64,000 nt of DNA. Origin: Tubulanus polymorphus (Eukaryota; Animalia; Nemertea). The notes under the pieces were generated by a model, which did not search any database, was not told the DNA's origin, and worked only from the letters and a program-made list of their open reading frames with translations. Every line of letters starts with the position of its first letter. Position 1 is the first letter of the stretch. The translations under genes were made by a program, and so were the position numbers. Below, in pieces: positions 1 through 18,457 of this stretch. The stretch is from positions 34,127 through 98,126 of the forward strand of contig NW_027437457.1 in the NCBI RefSeq assembly GCF_964204645.1, read 5' to 3'.

Positions 1-239
1 CGGGTCATTTTTTGTAAAATATGATAAAATTCATAAACAGTTCATTTCTATAGCGGCCGGGTCTGTTATGGTGAAATTGATCACGATTTAAAAAAAGTAA
101 TGTATAGGGTAGATAGGCGGCCGGCCGGGTCAACATTTAAGCTCAGCAGAGCGGAGAAACAAGGTATCAATTTTTTTTAGCCTAATTAATATTTAAAACA
201 CAGATTTAAAAACGTTAAGTTAATTGAATTAACTGCCAC

Positions 240-938
240 CTTTTCCTTCGATGATATATCATTTGCGAGAAAATAATCAATGTAGAATACAAACATCCGC
301 CATCGCCCCCTCCCGGCAAATTGGTAAACTGTTCTAAACTAAAAATCATTCTCGATTTTAATTTTGGTTAAAAAGAAAAGAAGTGTTCAGTACTCAGGTT
401 CGATTATAGTTTGACCAATCGTTTGTGGATCAAAAAGTGATTAACTTTGCTCTTAAGCTTTACTAATACCCGAATGAAGTGATCTATTTGTGAATTGATT
501 TACCTTTAGATTCAGATCTGCAGGATCTAGAGTTTTATATTGGATTTTTAAACTGTTGAAGAATTTAGCGATTAATCTCGCGGCCGCCGCTGTCGTCGTC
601 GAGTCGTACTCTATTTCATTCAATCCTCCTCCTCCTCCTCCTACACCTCCTCCTCCTCCTACACCTCCTCCTCCTACACCTCCTCCTCCTCCTCCTCCTA
701 CACCTCCTCCTGATCCTCCTACACCTCCTCCTACACCTACACCTCCTCCTGATCCTACACCTCCTCCTACACCTCCTACACCTCCTCCTCCTACACCTCC
801 TCCTCCTCCTACACCTCCTCCTCCTCCTCCTACACCTCCTCCTACACCTACACCTCCTCCTGATCCTACACCTCCTCCTACACCTCCTCCTCCTCCTCCT
901 ACACCTACACCTCCTCCTGATCCTACACCTCCTCCTCC

Positions 939-1022
<84 letters not shown>

Positions 1023-1427
1023 CGATACTTTCTTCTTACCCGACACCTATAAACAAGATACAACAAACAAAACTCGATAAAACACTGTCAACAATGTCTG
1101 AATTACACGTGACACTGCGTAGTTACGGTTACCTTAGCGGCTGCAGTGACGTCATCGCGATCGATGTGTTGGAATTTGTTACATTTGCGGAATGATTTTT
1201 CTTGTTTTCTGAGTGATTTGACGGCGTGTTGAGCGAACGCGTCTTTATACAAACACGTCAGATTATACGGGTTTATCTGATTAAACATTTTACTCAATTC
1301 TCGACTGTATTCTGGTTTACTCGTGTTACTGGCCGTCACAGTGTCGAACCTAGGACATCCAGTTCTTTGATACGTTGCCATGGCGATAGGCCGGTGATTT
1401 TCCCATTGTTGTCCTATTGTTTCATCG
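240..1427 (-). CDS. Uncharacterised multi-exon gene, partial (exons ~1427-1133, 1046-504, 338-240; likely continues off the window); contains a poly-Ser/Gly-Val low-complexity exon
   Basis: Phase-consistent canonical junctions: GCTAAG|gtaacc...ttatag|GTGTCG and CTAAAG|gtaaat...ttttag|TTTAGA...GAAAAG|gtggca; frame stays open across three exons; no recognisable domain. Confidence 0.5.
624..1023. repeat. (CCT/ACA)n and (GAT)n trinucleotide microsatellites
   Basis: Direct reading. Confidence 0.95.
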
Positions 1428-2545
1428 CTGGAGATTGGTTACATGGTAACGGAAGCCTTGATCGACGCCACATGTTCAGAAGAAAAGACACCGGTAAGAA
1501 ATTCATGCCCTTGCTTTAATTGCAAAAAGTCATTATCCGGCCATGGGTTCATAAAAGAATATTCTTAAGTGATTTTCTTCATCTAAATTTTTCCTCAAAT
1601 TTAGATAGCACCATCGACAAATAAATACATGTTAAAAGAAAACTTGAGAATAAGATTATGGAAAATGCATACTTTTTTAAGGAATTTCAAATGAACAAGA
1701 TCCTATTCAAGCAATTTAGCAAAATGTTATAAATTCAGAGGCTTTGTTCATTTCACTAAGGTCTAGAATTCACAAATTTGTCGATTTATTGTGGAAATTT
1801 TTTAGAATTTTCAGATGACAGGATTTAAAAAACGCCGACCACCAATGCGCCATCTATCAGAATAGGTAGGTATAATCTGGATCCGATCCGTTCATCGGAA
1901 GTGTTCGGGCATTATCCATGCGATATTTCTCACAATTTTATCATCGAATTGTGCGTATACCTGGTTTAAGTTTTAAATATTTAGGTTTAAGGCCTATGAT
2001 TTATATAAATATGATATTTTGTACAGTTTGAATAAGATTATTGTTATTGTTGAAATGCGGTAATCGTGGACTTACAGATTTCACTAATTGTCGGATTATA
2101 AATCAGATACTTCTCTGCGCTGAATGCAATATTTCTTCTGTTATTTCTACCTTATCGTAACCTTGGTTTCACACCAAAAACGCCGAAAAATCCACGTGCT
2201 TTTTCATTGAGAAAATAAACATTTTTATGTCGTCATCAACATCTGACCAATAAGAGTGGCGTATTGTAGTGACGTCATAAAGTTATTCTGCTCAGTGTCT
2301 GGGATACTGTTTCATGTTGCGTCGATTTTACCGATAATAATCGATTCTACGCCTAAAATAATCCATCCAACATCGTATAAAAATCATCGACTTCATTTTC
2401 AATAAACTTTTCTTAAATTACCCTCGATTTTAGACGAAATAAAGCGTTAAATACGTTGACCTTTACAGCTCATGAATATTCATGAAGTGATTATAATAAT
2501 GTATTGGTAGTGAGAAGGAGGCTCGCGAGCTGGGAGGGTAGCATC

Positions 2546-5500
2546 ATGTCGGATAGAGAGAGTGGAGATGAATTGCAGGCTAGCCAGGCCAGAGGTAATA
2601 TTACACCCCTGTTCACCAGCGCACCTTATTCCCCATTGTTTAAACTAACTATGTAGAAATTTTGGTGTCGTTTGGTGGGGTACTTTAGACTGAAAACAGT
2701 AAACTGTTGGAGACTCGGACTCTGAGACAGCTGATTGTAAAAACATGGCCGCCTTGCTGTCATACGCCGTGCTGTACATATAAACACTTCAACTTACTTG
2801 CGTTTTGTTTTTTCCTCAATAAACTCCATATATTGCTGGATTAACGCGTACAAATGAAGAATCTTCTAGCTGTGTTTTCCCCATTGAGATAATTCGATAG
2901 ATTTGGTTTTGTACACCAATACAATTTGGAACAGTCTTTAAAACCAATTCAAAATGGCTGCAGTGGAAATAGGAGGAGGTATAAACTGCCCACACGATTG
3001 TTAAACACTGTTTCATTTGAGCCTGATTTATGTCCGTAAGAGGCTCAAGGCCTGAGGCCCTGCTTGGGGTATTTTATTAGATGATGTGCTGTAGTCTTAT
3101 CACTGTGCACACCTACCTGTCACTTATTGATTGTTTTGAGTGAGAGGCAAGCAAGTTCAGTCTACTGCTGGCTGGCAACATATTCCTGACCGGACTGTAG
3201 GGTAGTTACCACATTGCTCTCAGTCCCATTGTTGTCCAGTACCTGCAGATACAGTAGTCCAGTAACAGTGCAATAGTCCAGTAATTAAACGCAGATGCGG
3301 AAGTGCATCCAGTAAGTGATAGTCCAGTCACAGCGCAATAGTCCGGTACCTGGGCAATAGTCCGGTACCTGGGCAGTAGTCCAGTAACAGCACAGTAGTA
3401 CGGTAACAGCGCAATAGTCCGGTACCTGGGCAGTAGTCCAGTAACAGCACAGTAGTCCGGTACCTGGGCAGTAGTCCAGTAACAGCGCAGTAGTCCGATA
3501 CCTGGGCAGTAGTCCAGTAACAGCACAGTAGTTCGGTACCTGGGCAGTAGTCCAGTAACAGCACAGTAGTCCGGTACCTGGGTAGAAGTCCAGTAACAGT
3601 GCAGTAGTCCAGTAACAGCGCAGTAGTCCAGATCGTAGAATAGTCCAGTAACTGCAGTAGTCCAGTAACAGTGCAGTAGTCCAGTAACAGCGCAATAGTC
3701 CGGTACCTGGGCAGTAGTCCAGTAACAGCGCAGTAGTCCAGATCCCAGAATAGTCCAGTAACTGCCGTAGTCCAGTAACAGTGCAGTAGTCCAGTAACAG
3801 CGCAATAGTCCGGTACCTGGGCAGTAGTCCAGTAACAGCGCAGTAGTCCAGATCCCAGAATAGTCCAGTAACTGCAGTAGTCCAGTAACAGCGCAGTAGT
3901 CCAGATCCCAGAATAGTCCAGTAACTGCAGTAGTCCAGTAACAGCGCAGTAGTCCAGTAACTGCAGTAGTCCAGTAACAAGGTGTGATGAGTAATTGTAT
4001 GATGATGTTATATTTGTAGGTGGTGAACATGCTGAAGGTGATGAAGGACAGTATGATTCAGGTAAGGAATCAATCACATCATCGTCATATCACGTGTCAC
4101 ATCACTTCCTTCATTCAATCACATTTAATGATATTTGGTTCGGTTTTGGATTCTATCCATTATTTATAGATCATTCTGAGGGTAACATTGATAAGAGACC
4201 TGTCTCACCTGATGGTAAGTCCAATCATTTCATTATCTACAGCTCTGGTGAGGGTTATTATGTTAGGGGGGGGGGGGTAGGTTAGAGTTCAACATTATTT
4301 CTCACTGATTTATAATTTAAACCCTAGAATTAGTCACAGTGAATTCATCGGTAGTTTCTGGAGTGAAGCTGTTGGAATCATCGGTAACTCCAGAATGTGC
4401 TGGAGACCTCAAGGTTGGAGTACCTCTCTCTGAGAATGTACAGGTCGGAGCTTCCGGTCTAGAGTCACTGGAGGTTGAAGCAAGTCCTTCCGAATCGCAG
4501 CAGGTTGAAGCACCGGTTCCGGAGTCACATGAAGTTGCAGCAACTCTGGAGTCACTGGAGGTTGGAGCATCTTCTTTGGAGACACAGAAAGTTGAAACAC
4601 CCAATTTGGAGTCACTAGAGGTTGGAGCACGTCCCTCCAAGAATGTACAGGAGGTTGCAGCATCCAGTCTAGAGTCACAGGAGGTTGGAGCACCTGCTCT
4701 GGAGTCTGTGGCAGTTAGAACACCAGATTTGGAGTCACAGAAGGTTGCAGCATCCACTTCAGAGTCACAAGAAGATGGAGTATCTGCCCTTGAGTCACAG
4801 GAGGTTGGAGTACCTCCCTCCAAGGACCTACAGGATGCTGGAGCTGAGTCACTGGTAATCGGAGCACACCCCTGTGGATCTGAGACACTAGATGATATTG
4901 GAGCAATCCCCTCTGATTTACTACAGAAGATGGAGGCGGTCGATGAGACTCGGGCTGTAGTACTCCGAACTGTGACACCACACCATGAGCTCCTGGAGGA
5001 TATTGGAGCATTCCCAACAGAAGCAAACTCAAACAGATTACCTGAAAGTCAAATGGATGAAAAGAGTAAAGATGTGAAATTGATAGAAGTTGGTGAGATA
5101 TAAATCAACCTCCTCCACTTAAACTCCTCTCTATTTAATCAACTATTTTCATAAAAGTTTGATAATAATTTTTTAGGTGATTGTTGTTTATCTCCTGATT
5201 CGGGTAAGAAATGATTGCCGATTATAAGTGGGTGATACCATGTTGACAGGGGAAGGGAGGGGAGGTGTGGTCATTCCACAAGGGAGAAGGAGGGAGGGAG
5301 GGTTGAGGTGTGTACATAGATTATATAATGATCTTAATGGTTTTAATTGTATTAGGAGTTTCAACTGGACTATCGACCCCAGGACCAGGCTGTACCCCTT
5401 CGGGTTCAAGGGATACCCCGGGCTCGAGGGATACCCCGACACCGGGCTCGAGGGATACCCCTGAACCTGTCTATAAGAGTGGTAAGATACAACACTGGTG

Positions 5501-7283
5501 GAGTCTTTCAAAATGCACTTTTTACTTTCTTTTTAATTTTACAGCATTAATTAATTAATCATCGTTCGATGCATGTAATTAACATATATTTGAATTTCAA
5601 AGTTTCAGTTGAAGAGGTTACTGGGTTTAACCAATCGGAATAGTTCATTTTATTTACAATCATGCGGGCATTGACAGGGGAGGGGGTTCAACTATAGTCA
5701 CTCCATCTGGTGGTGTGTGCCGGTACCTCTTTCAATGAAGGATATAGATTTCCTGCAGATATAGATTTCCAACCCCCCGGCGTGCGGGGGGGTAACCCCT
5801 CACTGAAATTGACTCAGTTGTTTATTGATGATGATGATTGGTTCTAATTTCTACAGGTTCCGGTGAACAAGAACTTGCTACGAAAATGTTACAAATTCAA
5901 TCAAAACGGTTTTATTTGGACGTCAAACAAAATAAACGTGGGCGATTTATCAAGATAGCCGAGGTATGTACACCTTCCCCTGATTATCGCTAATTGTTCA
6001 CCTACCCCTGGATAATGATGTATTTATGATTTAAAGGTTGGAGCGAACGGTAGAAAGAGTCGTCTGCTGTTAGCGATGTCAACGGCTGCCGAATTCAGGG
6101 ATCATTTAACTGAGTTTAACGAGCATTACGTCAATTTAGGTAGGTTATTTAATCGGGCATCTAGAAACTACTGTCTCATCTATCTGGGGTATCTTAAAAC
6201 TTCATTCTAAAAGTATCCAGGGTATCTAGAAACTTCTCTGATAAGTATCAAGGGCGTCAAAGAACTTCCTAAAGTATCCAGGGTATCTAGAAACTTCAAT
6301 GTTTAGTGTCTAGGGCATCTAGAAACTTCATTCTTAAGTATCCAGGGCATCTAGAAACTTGTTTCGATATGGGGGATATAGAAACTCTAATGTGTTAAAG
6401 AGTTGTGCTAGTAATAGACCATGTGGTTTGTGTGTTACATATTCTGAAGGGCCACAGAGTACAGAGTCGGAAAAAGATGGAAAACTGAAAAGTGAAATTA
6501 TGAAAAAAGATAATCGTAGATATTACCTTGACCTTAAAGAGAACCAACGCGGACGGTTTCTACGCGTAAGTAACTAATTACACGGTAATTAATTACCGAT
6601 CGATATTCAACCGATTAACGCAGTAATTAATTGATAAATTGCTAGGTGTCTCAGACGTCTCCGCGTACTAACCACAGAATTCAGATAGCTATACCGGCTC
6701 AGGGTCTGATAGAGTTTCGTAACGCTCTCACTGATTTACTCTTCGATTTCGGTACCGATGATCACGGTACGTAACAATCGACGTATATCGTCGTCGTCGC
6801 AATAGTAACCGTACTATGATTAATTAACGGCTGCGTTGTATTGTTGTATTTTACAGAAGGTCAGCCCGATTTACCTGCCTCTCGTTCGATGCGCGTAGAA
6901 AATAAGATCTTTTATTTCGACGTAGGGACGAATAGAAGAGGTGTTTTCATGAGGATATCTGAGGTAAATACCTAGCAACAGTCGCTACTCGTTACGATAA
7001 TTATTATTGATTTATTTATCTAGCGGAATTAGTAGAATATCAGTGGAATGCACGAACATGAAACTCTCTTCATATTCTTTATTTTCTCCTTAGCAACAAT
7101 TGTTGCGTACAGTTTCTATGGTAACTGATTGTATCATTGTTGTTGTTTGCGTTGCAGGTTCGCGCTAATTTTCGCACGGCTATTACCATTCCGGAAAAAT
7201 CTTGGGAAAAATTTCGCGACATCATGACTGACTTTGTTGAATCGAAGCAGGTTCCCGAAAGTTGTGAAAATATTAGTAATTAA
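2546..7283 (+). CDS. PURA: Pur-alpha-like transcriptional activator. Exons 2546-2594, [4020-4061, 4170-4214, 4328-5092, 5356-5481 putative cassettes], 5857-5963, 6037-6139, 6450-6565, 6646-6766, 6857-6963, 7158-7283
   Basis: MSDRESG N-terminus; three PUR repeats ([31 protein letters not shown]; [22 protein letters not shown]; [23 protein letters not shown]); all junctions GT-AG and phase-consistent. Confidence 0.93.
3235..3978. repeat. Intronic minisatellite of ~16-19 bp units (cagtagtccagtaacagcg / cagtagtccggtacctggg)
   Basis: Direct reading; source of the spurious ORFs at 3206-4077. Confidence 0.95.
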
Positions 7284-8058
7284 TATAAAATAAGTATAAA
7301 ATAATAAATAGAATTAAAAAAAAAATATCTGTGAAGAAAAACGAACGGAAAGAAGAAGAATTAATAGAAATATGTGTAAAAATGATGAATCGGTTTCGGA
7401 CGAAAAGAAATAAAAAAGAAGCAAAGAATGAATTGGATCCAGTCACACTGAAATATTCATTAAATACTAAATAATAACCTAGGACTATTTTATATATCAA
7501 ATAAATAGGGACAATGATTGAAATGTTTTTTCTACTCTGATCAATGAATTGATGATACGTGTGGTGAATGTGAGAGATTTTACTCTAAATTAAAACAACT
7601 CTAAATCTGTGCAGTGATAAAAGAAGGAGAGACGATGTCATATTTGGGTTTAAAATCGAGCAGCCAGCACTGCCGTCGCGGCACACGTCATGCCTGCGCA
7701 CACGATTCAACTCTACACGTGTGCCAGCTATCTGTATTTTATTTCAAGGTAAAATCCGGCCGTCCATATTAGTAGAGCTTTACATGATCTCTGTCTCTCA
7801 CAACTCCATCTATTGTCAAACTACTAAAACACCTCAATAATTATAATAATAATCAATTTTGATTATTTTATTTCGAGTTTCGGGTTCAAAAAACAAAATA
7901 TTATAATTATAATTAACAGTGAATGTGATCAGATGTTTCTTGTTATATCTCTATATTTAAGACACACCGAGGGCGCCACCTAGGTACACATTAGTGTACT
8001 AGCCTGCGTACCAGCCTACGTGTGGTCGGTTTTTTTGGGTTTGAAAACAGAAGTGTTA

Positions 8059-8089
<31 letters not shown>

Positions 8090-10159
8090 AAAAAAATGTC
8101 TTGTTCAAATTATTATTGATAAAGTTTATCTTAGTAACATTTAGATTTAATGATGTTTAATATTCTCCGATGTAGCGTGTATTGTTGAACACCGTTTCTA
8201 TGGTAATGTAATTGTATATTGTTGCCATGGTAACAACAATTAAAGAAACGTTGTCATCGGCGATGATATATTTGCGTTATGAGAGGTTTACGCAGCGAGA
8301 CTGGTTGCCAGCTCGTTGCCGAGAGACTGGTTGCCACGTGATGATGTTTGTTTGTTATAGTAGTTGTTATACCGTGGAGAACTGCCACCAGGGGGCGCCG
8401 TTTGTTAAAATATGAAACTATATAAAATGCATTTTAATAAGAAATAGAATTATTGAAATTATAAGTTGTGGATATCAATGAAAAATGGATGAAATATTTG
8501 GAGGTGTTTAAAACTTTGTGTAATTCACAATGAAAACTAACAGTGAAATGTAACATAGTTTGAATGAGTGTCGATATTCAATTATTATACTATCAATTGA
8601 TTGATTGTTGCGTTGCTCGGGGTGATATCACCACCGCTGTCCGCAGTGTCAACTGAAGCTCCGCCCCCGTTGACGCTAAGCCCCGCCCTCTCTTAGTGCG
8701 ATCAGCTATTTTATACATTCATACAGCAGCGGTAGCGCCCTCTATCTTGGCGGGCGCTAATCTCTTCTCGTGCGTAGAAATATATATATTGTTAATATAC
8801 AGAAAACTTAAAATTGTTATGAAATTTCACAGATTTTATGATGAATTAGTTTTGAGAAATCGGTATGAAATGTAAAGACTGTTAACAAACACTAAAACAG
8901 TCGCTCGTGACATGTTTTCAACAAGTCTCTAAAGAGCTTTATTTATTATTTATTCATAATCGAATTTATTCCATATTTTGTTTGTTTTTGCGTTAATTAT
9001 TATAATTATTATTTACTACTTAAGTTGTTTATTTGTGATGTTGAAAAATTGGTTCGATTTTTCGAAAAAAAGAGAACTTTAATATCTAGAAAAAAAACTT
9101 GTGGCCGAGCAACTGCTCCTCTTATTGTCAGTCAGTAACCATGGTAATCATTATATTACAACAATCGATCGATGTAACTATGGAAACGTGACCATTATTT
9201 GGATTTCGATGTAAAATGAATGAAACCCATCAGCAGCTCCCTCTTCAGTCTGAATAGAGAACTATCGTTTGCATGCATTCCTAATGTTTGTTTTGACGGC
9301 AGATTTTAACGAATTTTATAAATTGTCGATTGTTTATTTCGTGTTTTTGTTGTTATTTTCGTGTGAGGGTGCAGTAAACACCCCCTCCCCTCGTTTGGGG
9401 GGAACACCCCCCTCCCCTCGTTTGGAGGGCCGGGGGAAATACAAGTGGCCAGTATCGCATCATAGTTAATAATAAAAATAGGCTGAATTTGTAAAATAGT
9501 TATAAAACACCGCGATCAGCCGAATTATAAATAAAACAATCGACTTTATAGAAATCTGTCGTCCGCATACAATAAAAAATCCTCCTTTATTTTATAGTGT
9601 ATTAAAAGTGTATTGAATGTATGTATCAGAGGTATCCGTACGTGGATACATCTGTATCCTTTAAAACAAACATCGTGATGATACACGTCAGAAGTGTATC
9701 TGATAAATCTAAATTTCACGTATCGCAGTGAACCAGACTTACTGCGACTAACTGGTTTATATTAGTATAGTTACTCATTAGGATATTTAACCCTAAGCCT
9801 TTAGAGTTAACTGGTAACTTATTGAGAGGTACTCATAGGTTAAACCCGGGTACTCCTCACAGCCGGATTGGTAAATAAGGAGTATCTGGATGATTACTAG
9901 TTTTGGTCTTGGATACTCTGCTGGGATTCTCCAGCCGTATTCATCTCACATTCTCTACTTTGTTGTGAAAATTATTAAAATATATCAATCTTATTGTACA
10001 TAAAAATTGTAATTGTTAGTTATTTTTGAGGTATATTTCTTATTCATTTTTGAGGATTTTGAAGTTCGTTTGTACAAAATGGTCAGAATTATGATGGAGA
10101 TCGAGGCCATTACGATGTCTGTAAGACCGTAAGGTGCTGCCACTTCTGCGATTTTACGG

Positions 10160-10409
10160 AACTAGGATTTTGGAACCGGACCGTGGCGCTCGATGGTTAT
10201 GAACCGGACTGGTTAGGGTTACGAACCGGACTGACCACGCTGACCGTCTGGTGCTGGCATCTAGCAGCAGTTTTCGGAACTAGGGTTAGGGTTACGTACC
10301 GGACTGGCTAGGGTTAGGGTTACGAACCGGACTGGCCACGCTGACCGTCTGGTGCTGGCATCTAGCAGCAGTTCTCGGAACTAGGGTTAGGGTTACGAAC
10401 CGGACTGGC
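10160..10409. repeat. TTAGGG-containing composite repeat, copy 1 (ctagggttagggttacgaaccggactgg...)
   Basis: Direct reading; nearly identical block at 11038-11250. Confidence 0.85.
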
Positions 10410-11037
10410 CTTCACCAAGAATCTTAGTGTCTGATGTACCACAGACACTAAGATGCGAACGACATTTTCTCGATACTTTTAGATCACTGCAGCTTTAAAC
10501 CACCAGAAATCCAGTTTCACTAAACCGATTGTGAAAAATAAACTATCGTTACAAACCTCATACATTCAGTTTTCTTATTATTATATTCATTTGGAGGTTC
10601 ATTCATCATAGTCCGTGCTTGATGCGATATAAATACAGAAATAGCAAAAATGACACCATTTTTTCACTTTGAAACTAGGCATTGTAACACTGTAGTTCGT
10701 TAGCAACAAGACAACTTGAGCGATGCGTGTCTCATCGCTAAACAGCGCATCATTTTTGTATCTTAAATTTAATCGTACTAAAATCAGATTTATCGTCAAA
10801 ATGTTATAATGAACAAACGTAAGACATCATAAGGTTAGTGTAGATAGTTTATTCATCAAAATCGGTTGTTTATTTGCTGAGATATCGCAGTTTGAACACG
10901 GACAAAAAAGCCGACCAAATTCTGGTCGGCAACTGTACAGCGAATTTGAATGCACGCGTCTGGGTGGTTGGTTACACTAGGATCGTAGAGCGACAGAGAT
11001 CACTGGTGGAGACAACCGCTGCCAGTGCTGGGTGAAG

Positions 11038-11250
11038 ACTGGCCACGCTGACCGTCTGGTGCTGGCATCTAGCAGCAGTACTCCGAACTAGGGTTAGGGT
11101 TACGAACCGGACTGGCTAGGGTTAGGGTTACGAACCGGACTGGCCACGCTGACCGTCTGGTGCTGGCATCTAAGCAGCAGTTCTCGGAACTAGGGTTAGG
11201 GTTACGAACCGGACTGGCTAGGGTTAGGGTTACGAAACCGTCTGGTGCTG
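11038..11250. repeat. TTAGGG-containing composite repeat, copy 2, abutting the YIPF3 start
   Basis: Direct reading. Confidence 0.85.
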
Positions 11251-11267
11251 CCACCAAATTTGTAAAG

Positions 11268-15240
<3,973 letters not shown>

Positions 15241-15998
15241 GACATAGTTTTAATATCTATCATACTGAGTATGTTCTTATTCAATCCTCACTCATATTCA
15301 CTTCTTAGGGACGTGTCTGGTGTGGTGTCTGGTTTGATCGCTAGGGGGCTCTAGGTGCGAGGGTTGGTGTATGATTCTATATCTAGGTGGCGCTTGTAAT
15401 TCACTAGATGCATGTTGTAGCTGTTGTTTTCAAGTTTTGCTCAATTATTTCAGTAATTAGTTTAGTTTTGACTGAACTGCACAATTGAAAACTCAATGTT
15501 AACTCGTAAAGTTATATTTGATTATTTGATTTTTCAGTTTTGGATAAGATGTGAGCCCCTGCTGGGCAGTGATTGGTCTGGGCGTAGTGGTGGACCGAAT
15601 TATGGACTGCGGACCAAGTGGTGGTGGCCGTTATTCATTGTAAAAATCTTAATATATTCAATTATCATTTTGTAAATAAACTGTAGATTTATCCTTAGGT
15701 AGGACTTCATCGTTATTGGTATTTAAGTTATTTGAGGATTTTGAAGTAATTGGCAACTGGCCGGACTTATTTTCAGTCGGACTACTGGTTGGTGCGGTAT
15801 GTTGGTCCGTCTCCTTCCGGACAACTGGTCGGACAATCCTAAGCGGGTTAAAGCTACGAAAAATGAAGTAATTCTACGAATTTATGATCTGAAATATGAT
15901 GTTATTTTCCATGATCGAATTCAAATACAAAAACCCGCAGCGGATCCGTTTAGAAAGGACTGCGTGTACCGGAAGTATGTTAGCCCCACATGCATCAG

Positions 15999-16016
15999 AT
16001 CCTTTCCACTTCCGGA
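15999..16016 (+). promoter_or_regulatory. Polypyrimidine TCT/5'TOP-like initiator of RPS11
   Basis: atcctttccacttccgg just upstream of the ATG, typical of ribosomal protein genes. Confidence 0.55.
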
Positions 16017-16023
16017 GTAAATC

Positions 16024-18081
<2,058 letters not shown>

Positions 18082-18162
18082 TGTAACAAACGTGAATTTA
18101 AAATAAAACAAATTAAATTCAAATATATCAGAATCAAATTCAATTTCATTCAATCTGACACC

Positions 18163-18438
18163 AGAGGAGTCCCACAATCGGAGAGGAGTCCCACAATCAG
18201 AGAGGAGTCCCACAATCAGAGAGGAGTCATACAATCAGCGAGAAGTTCCACAATCGGTGAGGAGTCCCACAATCAGAGACGAGTCCCACAATCAGAGAGG
18301 AGTCATACAATCAGCGAGGAGTCCCACAATCGGAGAGGAGTCATACAATCAGCAAGGAGTCCCACAATCAGAGAGGAGTCATACAATCAGCAAGGAGTCC
18401 CACAATCAGAGAGGAGTCCCACAATCAGAGAGAAGTCC
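18163..18438. repeat. ~19-20-bp tandem repeat (gaggagtcccacaatcaga) downstream of the RPS11 poly(A) signal
   Basis: Direct reading. Confidence 0.9.
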
Positions 18439-18457
18439 AATTAAGGTACTACCACAA

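Noticed and set aside
556-1080. Plus-strand Pro/Asp-rich ORF
   Set aside because: Antisense of the microsatellite exon; splice signals support the minus strand
3206-4077. Three overlapping minus-strand ORFs
   Set aside because: Minisatellite open in all frames inside Pur-alpha intron 1
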